The notes under the pieces are model-generated. The model was not told the DNA's origin, did no database searches, and worked only from the letters and a program-made list of their open reading frames with translations. This document shows, piece by piece, positions 1 through 10,900 of a DNA stretch of 64,000 nucleotides. How positions within the stretch are numbered: position 1 is the first letter of the stretch; each line of letters begins with the position of its first letter. The position numbers were made by a program, and so were the translations under genes. The DNA comes from Hydrolagus affinis (lineage: Eukaryota), in NCBI GenBank assembly GCA_012026655.1, contig JAAILG010000954.1, positions 1 to 64,000 of the forward strand. The letters are read 5' to 3'.

Positions 1-130
1 ATGGTCGTGGAGGCGGGTGCGGGATAATACACGGGCTGCAGAGTTTTGGATGACCTGCAGCCTGTGAATGGAGGAACTGGGGAGGCCGACGAGGAGAGAG
101 TTACCATAGTCGAGCCTTGAGGTGATGTAT
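1..130 (-). mobile_element. L2-like LINE fragment in GCH1 intron 1
   Basis: G-rich antisense ORF2-like sequence (gggataata...ggctgcagagttttggatgacctgcag...gagttaccatagtcgagcc). Confidence 0.5.
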
Positions 131-239
131 GCGTGCACAAGTGTTACTAAAGGAAGAAAGGGGGGAAAGATTAGGTTTCTTTTTACAAATAACATTGTTA
201 AGATGTGTAATTCCCTGGCAGGTGTAGTGGTCAGGGTAT

Positions 240-460
240 CAGCTTTCAAGAAGAAACTAAATTAGCTACAAAAAAAGGAGCAATTTGCAGAGGGGGTGGT
301 GGGGGGGGAATAGCAACTTGTATTTACACTGAGCCATTCACAGGGGTTTGTGACTCAGAGCGTTTGCGGCAGGTAAGCAGGACAGACTGGATTATTCTTT
401 CAAAGAGCCAGAGCAGACATTGATGATGGACTGAATGGCTTTCTTCTGTGCAGTTCTATG
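240..460 (+). mobile_element. Degenerate CR1 3' tail
   Basis: ctttcaagaagaaacta...ttctttcaaagagcc...gatggactgaatggctttcttctgtg. Confidence 0.5.
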
Positions 461-1610
461 GTGGCTTTGTGTCTCGAAAATAGATTCAGATATTTGGGAG
501 CTGTAACATGGCCTTCAACTTCATTTTGTTCTCATTCAGTGAGTAAACCATTAACTATAATCACATATAAATGGCCCTACAGACCTTTAAACATAGGAAA
601 TGTATATACAGCACAGGGAGATAACATTTAGGGAAGATTTGTATCATCAGCAACCTGAACAATGTTAATCCAGGTGTATGACATTTGTCATTGGGGTGAC
701 ATTGAAGATCTAGATTCATTCAATTTAATGTATTGATTTTGTTTGTAATTTTCAAAAAAAAACATTTATCAAAGACTTGGTGGTTTTATCAGTTGTGTAA
801 AATACTCATCAGATCACACACCATGTCCCCAAACTTTGCTGAGGGTTGGGGGAATACAGAGGATAAATAACTGGTGACTTAATACAATTATCAACCCATA
901 CGGATAAAATAACGAACGAATCCACACAGCTAAAATAGCCGATCACATCAGGTCTCTCTGCCTTGTAGTGGAGACGAGGTGGCAGAGGGAAAGAGATTGA
1001 TGCGTGTGGAAATAAGAGATTTCTAAGTCTACAAACAAGGAAGCAACTTAATTCTCAGAGACGAGTGAGAAAAGAATAATGTATTGAACAACTAGATCAA
1101 TTCAACCCGATTTGCTGAGTTTTCTTTCACGATTTTATTGAGTCAAAGCCAATGAGATTTCGTGTGTGTCAATGGAGAAAATCAGAACCCAAGTCAAACA
1201 AACTGACAGAATAAAAGCTTTGGTCACTAGCCTGGCCAGTAACCAACGATAACTGGGTGGGGGGGGGGGAGAAACACACACACACACACACCTCATTCAT
1301 CTGACCATTTACAACCTTCTCAAAACCATTAACACAACTTCAGTACAATTAATAAATGTAGATATATATATATATACTGTATATAGATAGATATATAATT
1401 TTTAAAAAGCAAAAAAAAACGTAAGGGCAACATTGACACTTTTAAGTTCACTTTTACCAAACACAAGAGAGTGAAAATTATAGCAGTAATAATCTTAATA
1501 TTCATAACAATTCTTGCATTTGAAAATTGTCAGAAAAGTTGAATGAAAAAAAGTGAGGAAAGGGAGCCAGCAAGCCTGCTGTCACTTCGACTGTCAGTGA
1601 ATCAGCAGCC

Positions 1611-1742
1611 TCTCTCTCTGTACCCCCTCTCTCTGTATCCCTCTCTCTCTCTCTCTGTACCTCTCTCTTTGTACCCCTCTCTCTGTACCCCTCTCTCTCT
1701 CTCTCTCTACACCTCCCTCTCTCTGTGTGTGTGTCTGTGTGT
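1611..1742. repeat. (CT)n/(TG)n compound microsatellite at start of GCH1 intron 1
   Basis: tctctctctg taccccctct ... ctgtgtgtgtgtctgtgt. Confidence 0.9.
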
Positions 1743-1746
1743 TCAC

Positions 1747-2074
1747 CTGAGATAGTCTCCTGATAGCCTTTGGTGAAGAACTGCATGGCTGTGGCAGCTC
1801 TCCAGGGTGTTTTGAGGAGCCCCTGTCTCTGGGGATCCTCTCCCAGCCCTCTCAGGATGGCGGTGTAGGCAGCCTCCAGACTGGGCAAGTTCATCTGGTT
1901 GTCCTCCAGGCTGCGGGTCCGCTCCTCTCGCCACTGGTCGGGGGCTTTCTTGCCCTGAGTGTCGGGCGGCTGTGTCGGGTGACCGTTCACACTGTGACTG
2001 TGACTGGGCTGACCCGAGCCGGCAACAGAGCTCAGCATCTCCAACCCCTTAACTCGCTGCTTTCCCAGATCCAT
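1747..2074 (-). CDS. GCH1: GTP cyclohydrolase 1, coding exon 1 (gene continues beyond window start)
   Basis: Translates MDLGKQ...[48 protein letters not shown], the hallmark GCH1 sequence. An in-frame TGA directly precedes the ATG at 2074. Phase-1 donor G|GTGAAC at 1747/1746. Lies next to WDHD1 as in mammals. Confidence 0.96.
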
Positions 2075-2089
2075 TCAGCCAAAGGGCAG

Positions 2090-2278
2090 NNNNNNNNNNN
2101 NNNNNNNNNNNNNNNNNNNNNNNNNNNNNNNNNNNNNNNNNNNNNNNNNNNNNNNNNNNNNNNNNNNNNNNNNNNNNNNNNNNNNNNNNNNNNNNNNNNN
2201 NNNNNNNNNNNNNNNNNNNNNNNNNNNNNNNNNNNNNNNNNNNNNNNNNNNNNNNNNNNNNNNNNNNNNNNNNNNNNN
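2090..2278. other. Assembly gap (189 N)
   Basis: Run of N just upstream of the GCH1 ATG, next to a simple repeat. Confidence 1.
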
Positions 2279-2545
2279 AAGCAGAGAGAGACAGACACAC
2301 ACAGACAGACAGAGAGGGAGAGACAGATGCAGACACAAAGAGACAGACACACACAGAGAGATAAACAGAGAGATAGACACACACACACAGAGACAGACAC
2401 ACACAGACAGACACACAGAGAGATAGGCACACACAGACACAGAGAGAGACAGACACACACAGACAGATAAACAGAGATAGACACACACAGAGACACACAC
2501 AGAGAGATAGGCACACACAGTCACAGAGAGAGACAAACACACACA
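2279..2545. repeat. (AG)/(AC) compound microsatellite upstream of GCH1 ATG
   Basis: agagagacagacacacacagacagac... low-complexity array. Confidence 0.92.
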
Positions 2546-2654
2546 GGGGGAGGGAGAGAAGGGAGGCACTTTCTCAGTGCACAAGTTTTTAGGGAGAAGT
2601 AGCTCTGTTGCCGGTTGCTGCTGCTTTTTTTTTGAGGGGGGGGAGGGAGAGAGG

Positions 2655-2755
2655 GGGAGCTTTTAAACACAACGTTTCCGGCTCCTTTTGTACAGTACAA
2701 GCCCCAGACCTACCATTGGTTGCGGGGATCTTCGCACGGAGCCATGCGTCATTCA
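2655..2755 (-). promoter_or_regulatory. Putative GCH1 proximal promoter (CRE half-site, CCAAT, ETS, TATA-like)
   Basis: On the - strand, 5' to 3': TGACGCA (2751-2745), CCAAT (2719-2715), CCGGAA (2681-2676), TTTAAAA (2667-2661). Same CRE-CCAAT-TATA order as recalled for the mammalian GCH1 promoter. Confidence 0.55.
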
Positions 2756-4498
2756 TTGATGACATTTTACATCAGAGACAATATGTGTACAGTTCAGTGC
2801 AAGCCACCAACAACACTCACAGTAACAACAGGAACCACAACAGCTTCGTCAGCAGATCCGCTCCCCCACCTCACTGCCCACACTTCATTCACCTCCTTTT
2901 GAACGACCACCAACTTTTTAAAATAAATCACAAATATTTCATTAGAAAAAGGTGTTTTTTTAAAAAAAAAAGGTTCTCACTAACTGTTTGAACTGATTTG
3001 CAACTCTTGTACTGTACTCGAGTTTTGCCCACAAAGAGTCAATTCACTTTACAGTATATTGTGTGAGGCACTTCCGAGATGTCGGGAAGGCGTGATAAGG
3101 CACTATGTCAAATGCAAGGATTATAATAATAATAATTATTGCCCAGGTTAATGGCTAAAGAGAGTTTTGTTTAATAAAGAAAGATCGTACAAGACTGAAT
3201 GGCAAGGCTGTGACCCAGGGATTGCAAAATGAAGCTATTTTAAAAAGTAATCTAGACCCTTTTTTTTTGTTGTTGTTTCAAAATACACAGTAAATTCACC
3301 CGTCTCTATATTCCGTGAAGCATTTTAAGACATCTCAACGAATAAGATGCTATAGCAAATGCAAGGATTATTACTATTATTACACTGGGCCTGCTGTGGC
3401 TTTTCGGTGTTAAATTTCAGTATCTGCAGATATCCATTTATTTCAGTCATTAGAATAGTGTTAAACATAACTTTCCTAGTACTGTACTTGAATTGTTTCC
3501 ATTTATTAATGTCAGGAAGACAAATCCTTGTTATGGAAGATCTTCACAGAAGTACAGTATATGAATGGGGATCATAGGCTGATTAAATTAATCATATTTT
3601 ATTAAAGATGGTGCCTCTCAAATGCCTAAAACTGTCAAATATACGGCATTTAATATTCTGGAAAGCAATTTGCCCAATACTATACCATTATTTGAGGTAA
3701 ATCAATTCAGTTAATTCTTGCACCATCTAGGGGTTAGCTACAGAATAACAATGAATGATAAACAAAATCTACTAGTTTGTGTCTGTGGGAATGAGTTAAG
3801 TCATGGCTCTGGACATAGGACATGAATTTACGGAATGAGTTCTTTTGAAAAATGACCCTAGAATGGGAAACAAGGTATTGGACAAAAGAAGGCCACCGGA
3901 ACACAACAGCCATATATACTGCTAGCTACAACTAACCTCCTTGGGCTTTCTCTCCTTTTCTTCCTTGGCTGAGAGTCTGGTGCATCTTGTTTTGCTCGTT
4001 CCTATAAGGGTGGTAATTAATGGAGGGAGTGTGCATCATAACAGATAAGAGACTTGCTGTTGACACAAATAATTTAAATTCCTTAATTCTTATGCATTCA
4101 CAATTTTCACAATCTATTTTAAAAACACACATATTGGAAGCAGACTCATTCTTGATTAAACAATTTTATATGGATGAAAAATTCAAATAACAAAATGCAA
4201 ACACTAAATAAAATCAAAACTTGTAAGACACATTCTAGGATTTAAACAACAGCTCGTGGAAATCTTTTACACTTTTGAAAGACTTTTGTCTGGATAATTA
4301 TAATGTACATTACAGTGGAATCTTTTACCTTGTGAACTACAAAACTGCAAAAACAATCCAATAAAACTGGTAATTAATCTCTAAAGCTACTGGTCACAAC
4401 AGTAAAACCAAATATAGTTGAATACATCATGATTCTTATTGTATAACCTGGAATGGTTTTGGCTTTTTCAAAGATCTTGGCAATAGATCCATCAAAAC

Positions 4499-4504
4499 TT
4501 TATT
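4499..4504 (-). terminator. Candidate WDHD1 polyadenylation signal AATAAA
   Basis: tttatt on the + strand ~400 nt past the stop codon. Confidence 0.4.
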
Positions 4505-4900
4505 TTACATACTGCACACACAAGATGTTTGCTCATGAAATCAGGGCGAAATCCTCAAGGCATCACCATATCTATTTTTTAAAGTTTCCATAAATGTGAA
4601 ACAGTGGTGTGACTCCTTCAGCTTTATCCCTCACAGAAAATCTGTGTACGTTTTCTGCCATTCATTGGTGCCCTCTCGACTCCCAAAGCCTCGTTGCAAC
4701 CCAAAATTCTGTGATACAGCATTGTTGATCATGCTTTTGTATACTAAAATATACTCTATTCAAGAGATATTAAACGTCTCAATAGAGAAATTATGGAATA
4801 CGTATTTTAAATGATGCAAAGCATCAGTTTGAAATACTTTTAACCAAGTTACAAAGACATTAATATGTGAAAAATGTATCAAAGTAATCTGATGTACTGC

Positions 4901-7900
4901 TTAATCCTTTTTAAAGGCAAATGCTGACAATTTTGAATTTGTAGATACTTGTGGTGGTTTCTGCTTCTTTGCAAAACTCTCTTCAGAAGTTTCCTTTTTG
5001 TTTTCCTGCTCATTTTCCTGCTGATCTTCACTTGGGTCTTGTGAACGTTTGCGTTTTTTAGCATCCTCTCCATTGTTGATGCTTCCACTACCTTTTTTAG
5101 CTCTGTTTGTCCAAGACTGGAAGACAAATGTTTACTACAGGAGGAGTTTAAAACTGCACTATCATTACCAATGGTGCTAAAGAAAATCAGTTTATATTTA
5201 ATATCCATGTTTAGAATAACAATTAACAAAAAAAAGACTAATACCAAACCATAATTTTGTACTCAATATTACCAATAGAACAGTATGAATTTCCACTCCC
5301 CACTATTCCATAGAATTTCTCTCTCTCCTTCTCAGGTGCTCTGAGTTTGTCATACTGATAGCCATGAGAATAGGATTTACTTAGCATGAAGAAGATTAAC
5401 AGAAAATTACCAGTTTCTATCTTTCCCTGATTTAAAAAAATCTTCCATCATTCAATGGAGAAAGGAAAAAGAGTCAACGTTTTGGGTCTACAACCTTTTG
5501 TCTGACGAAGGGTTGTAGATGCGAAACGTTGACTCTTTTTCCTTTCTCCATGGATGCTGCTTGACCTGCTGAGTTTCCTCAGCAACTTTTGTTTTTGTTT
5601 CAGATTATCTGTAGTATTTTGTGTTTTGTTTCCATCATTCAATGTTGTATATGGTCTTTGACTATTATCATATGCATCAATCATGGATAGGGTCATAGCA
5701 TAGAGAAAGCAGTTTCCCCCAGTGTTTTTTCTTTCTTCATAGATGCTGCCTGACCTGCGGAATGTTCCCAGTGATTTCCACTTTACAGTATATCTTGTAA
5801 AGTGCTTTTAGGTGTCTCAATAATGTTACATGATGCTACATCAAATACAGTACAAGGATTATTAGAATTTGCTTTTGTTTGTTTCCTTTCAGTTTCCCTG
5901 CCCAATTTCTCTCTGAACTCAGTCTTGATCGAATTTGTTGCTATGTTTAACCAAATTTTGCTCGCTTTATTTTTAAGAAGTTGTTTGACTTGAATTTGGG
6001 GAAAATTTTACATTTTTTTTTGATATTCACTCTTTTTTTAAGATACAAAAACACCTTGCAATAGGAAATAAAAGCTGAATAAAGGAATTTTAATTAAACT
6101 ATTTACTTCTGAAAAAGTTTAATAGATCCCTAAAAACGAGGAGATGGCTAGATTATCAAAGCCTTTCATTCATCCCAAACAGCACATTCTATTTCACAGT
6201 CTTGTTAAAATTGATCATCTATAATTCGTGCTAAGGTCCACACAAAAGCCAATAAATTCTTCTTGTTTTGAAGTGAGCATAAACTGGTGTGTTTCTGCAT
6301 CTGCTTGCCATGCTTATCTAAAAATTTCATCAGCTCAAGAAGATATAAATCGATACTACTAAATTTACATAGGTATGGTTCCTCAGCAACATCCACTTCA
6401 AACCTATTCAGGTAGGTATCCTTTTGTTGTTTCTGGGAATTGCAATCAAGATCAAGCAGCAGTAGAGAGCAGTTTCCAATATCAAAGCTTCTGTTATTTC
6501 CTGGTTTTCACAAGACTATCAGATCAAATGCTCTACCTACAAAAACACCCAAATGGATTTATATTGACCAATTTAATTACACAAGCAGATTAGTTTTTAC
6601 CATTTGGTTTTAAAGATTAAAAATGCTTCCTGTTTTAATGAAACAGGAATTGCTCAAATATTTTAATATGTTCTCAAGTATATATGGCAAATGCACAATG
6701 TTATTTTCAGAATTGTCATGAATTATTATTTGCTCCACGTGCAAGCAAAGTGTGCATGCAAATGTGGATTCTCTATCCCAGAAAGCGTAATAAACAGAAT
6801 CAACCAGGAGGCTTAAAAAGAGATAAATGTTTTTTTTTAAATTAAGTGCATTAAGGAATATGGGGTAAAGGTATTAAAGATCTGCAATGATCTCTCAAAC
6901 TAGCAGAACAGACTTGATGGGCTAAATGGCTTCTTCCTGACTGCCAAACTGTTTAAATTAAGTGAAGTAAAAATAGTATTTGATATATCACCTCATCACT
7001 TTGTTGAGAAGTCTCAAAGTGTTTCACTTACATATACAGCAACGTGGATTGATTGACTGTATACTTTGTGGGTGATGTGATATACCTGTGTATAAAATAA
7101 TAAATTCTTTTGCTAACAGTTTTTTAAAAAAAACTTTCATTTAATTTGCCAATTTAATTTTCTTGATATCAGATAGAACACATTGTAGGTTTGATGCATT
7201 CAGGTAACTTAAATCCTAAAAACACCTAGTATCAACTACAAAGATTAGAATCCCATACCATCCTCTCCTCAGATGTCAGCACACGGAATCGATTCATGCC
7301 TTCTTTGATTATTTCCTCTTCCTCCAAATCAGGATTGTCAGTAAGAATGGCATTTCTGTTTTCTTCTAGCCACAGTTGGAATCCTGTTTTAGGCCTTTTA
7401 CAAAAAACACATAGTTTAATTATAAATTGCATTTTGTAGTTCCTTGCCATTGAGTGGTGAGCAATTGTAATCCAACATGAAAAGGATAACATGAACACAG
7501 CTCAAAGCTGGATTTATGTGGAACCCTTAAGCATAAAGCAATAATAATAATCCTTGGATTTGATATAGTGCCTGATCATATCTTTGAGGCATCTCAAAAT
7601 GCTTCAGAATACGAGTAATGCCACTGAACTCACTTTTTCTTCTCTGCCTTTGTTTCATCCAAAGTGACAACTGGTACGGGATCAGTCTTTGCTGCCTTTA
7701 CTTCCACAATTTTATTGCCAGATTTGAGGGATGTTGATTGGAACAATGTAGCTTGGGTCTTCAAAAAGACATCAAATAAAATTAGATGCAGAGATCGAAA
7801 AATTGTTGTCAAAATAATATTATCTTCAGTTTTTGCTGATGAAGAACGTAGTGCATTCATGGGTCATCAATTATCATTCATTTAACTACCAAAATAGCAC

Positions 7901-10900
7901 TTAAATACCAAACTGAATAAAAAGAGTTACTTCATATGGAAACATAAAAACATGGAAACATTTTTCAAGGATTCCAGCTGAATGGGAACTTTAAAAAAAA
8001 CAATCTTGCAGACTAGCTTGTAACGACAGATCTAAAATTCTATTTATTCTTGGCCTGCAAGTCCATTTTTCTTAAGATGTAACCATCATGGAAAATTCAT
8101 GATACCATGATACATTACTTCTTCCTTGGCGTTTTGAGATCTAATTTGAAATATTTCTCTTCAATTTTATCGAATGTAATCTCTTGTATTGAACAAAAAC
8201 TAGTTCTTATGAAACACGTTTTCAAGATTTTAGTACCTGCTTTGCCTTTGGTTTTGGTGCTAGAGGCTTCAGGACCAATGATCCTTGCTTGTTTGTCGAT
8301 GGGTTGCTGGTGCCCATTGATTTCTTACTCACTTTGGTCATATTGTCCAGAATATTGGCATTTCGTGCATGGTTGCCAGCAGATGTGGAAGATGTTGCAG
8401 CAGATGTCACCTAGGGGAAGGGAATACCACAATTGTTTGGGCTTTCATCAGTAAAGTTCATTACATTAGTTATATAAAATTATGTGACACTATCTTCCTC
8501 TTTTGAGATTTCGTCTTGACATTAAAGGCGCTAGCATTTACTTTTTACGTAAACAGATTTTGAATTATCTATAATTTGCTGAGCTCTTCTATAGTTCCCT
8601 AAATGGATTTATTTTTATCAAAATGGTTTCTGTCTGTCTGTGATCCAGGTACGCATAATTTTAATGCTAATTACAAAATGCCTAACATATCACACTTGGC
8701 AAATCTTGATATCTAGGATAATTTCTTACCTTAAAGGGATTTCCACGCCCATAATTATTGATTACAAATGCCACTGTAGACAAGATAAAAACTAGTTAAA
8801 ATTGGCACTTACTATTCTCCCAAAGTATTCTGAAACTTCTAGCAAAAGTCAGTGGCGGCAGTGATGTAGAAAGTTTCACCCACAGGATTTAAAAGGAAGG
8901 GATTGTGGTTCTATTAAGAGTTTTATTAATCCATCTTACCCTAAAAATCAATATGTTTGATAAATAGTCACTAATGGCGATGCATAGCACATTGTTATAT
9001 AATACAATTGTGTTATTGAGTAATAAAATGTGTTTAGTTGGATGGAACGGACTTGCCCAAAATATCTACATTTTTGGAATGATGCAAATCGGTGAGAACA
9101 CGCACTTAGCCATAGGGAAGAGAAAGAATATTGAAAAAAATAGGTTTTTGACTTCTAATAATGCCCATATGAGACACCTGAAGCATTTCATGAGAAATAG
9201 TGGCCAGTGTATTTGGTGGATGCTATGCTTTGAAACTAAAAATGTTCATCTTGCTGTTGACAAACAAAGAAACAATTCACCTCTTTCACCTGGGTGACCC
9301 CAATCTTACAATATGTGGACAATGCCAAGAATGAAAAATGTTGTAATTTATTTAATAATAATCCTTGCATTCGATATAGCACTTTTCATGTCTTCTAGAC
9401 GTCTCAAAAGTGCTTCACAGATTATGCTGTAAAGTGACTGTGAGTTTGTGGGCGAAACACAATCACACTAACATGCAGATGGGCAGCACAGTGATGCTTT
9501 AAGTTAATGCCATACTACTTATTTACAATCTTATGAAATAAAGTTCTGTAGTACAATATAAAATTCCATTTGTCGGGCAGACTTCTCAAGACAATAGACA
9601 GTAAATATGCAAATTTATAAATATGTAAATATACATACTGGTTTTTGGGGTTGTTTTTTCAGTAGAGTTGAGATCTTTACTGAATGGATTTAGCTCTGCG
9701 GAGGAATATTGCAAGTTACAATTCCATTCAAGAAATGCTCCAAAGTGCCACAAAGACTTAGACATTACTTTGATAAACTGCCACTCGTGAATAGCTCAAC
9801 TATAAATGTTGATCAGCACAAAAAATTGGGTTGTGCACCATGGTCTTCTATGACATAAATAAACTTATATTGAGAGAAAAAAGCCTTATCGCATGACAAA
9901 CATTGAGATTTACTTTCTAAATAATCCAATAATGTACAAACAAGCAATATTATTATACATGATTTTCAGGGAAGGGCAGTAATAAACAATTAACATTTCT
10001 ACTTGACTTTAGAAACAGATCTTTTCCTGAGTTCACTTCACAAAGCTCATCCCAACCTTCAAATACATGAGGCAACATTAAAGATTTTAGTACCAGTTGG
10101 ATTTTTTGTCTTTCCAACCCTTTTTTTTCCCTCCAATCTTATTAAATGACAAAAGAGTTGCAACAAGCCAATCATCAATATCCCTGTATATAATTCTAGT
10201 TTCTGATTGCAGGGACAGAGTTGTTTGTGAGATGTGATTAGGCTGAATCTAGTTTAATGTCTAGTTCAAAAAGGTAAGTATTTTATTCATGGACTTACTT
10301 CTTCTTGCCTCATGTACTTCCAGGGTATTCAACCCATCTCCACCATCCAATTCTGCATTATCATCAACAGTGTTTTCCTCATATTCTAATTCCTCCTCCT
10401 CTGGATAACTTTGAGCTTGAGACTGCACATGTGATAAATTCCATCCAGTTTTACTGTAACAACATGCATAAGACAATTTCAGTAATGATTGCAGCAACAT
10501 TCAGAATAAAAGATTCATTTTCTAAAAGACTGTTTTATTCATACTTAATGCAGGAGGCATTCGTAGTTAACAATGTGGATTTTCCAGCTGTATTTTAAGT
10601 TTATCAATTTGCATAGACTCATTTAATCTAAATACATTTGAAATAGCAGAGTATGTGAATCAAATGAACAACTGGAAATGCTTTAAATTGACTGTTTTAA
10701 ATTGATCCATAATTACAAAAAGCACTTTACCAGCTGACGATTTTATTCAGTAGTTCAACTCAAAGCCAATTCCCACTCTTCAAATAAATGGTTTCAACAA
10801 TTTGCATATTTGTTACCGCACAATATACAAATAGAAAAGCCCTGTTCAAATTACTCATAATATACAGTCTATACAGTCTTTTTGTTCCCTCAGGTACAAT

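Noticed and set aside
1502-1746. C-terminal part of the 190-aa GCH1 ORF
   Set aside because: Read-through into the intron 1 microsatellite past the donor at 1747.
1979-2584. ORFs spanning the N gap
   Set aside because: Artefacts of Ns and dinucleotide repeats.
4879-5247. 122-aa - strand ORF
   Set aside because: Wrong frame over the last WDHD1 exon. The true frame is SWTNRAKK...AFAFKKD*.
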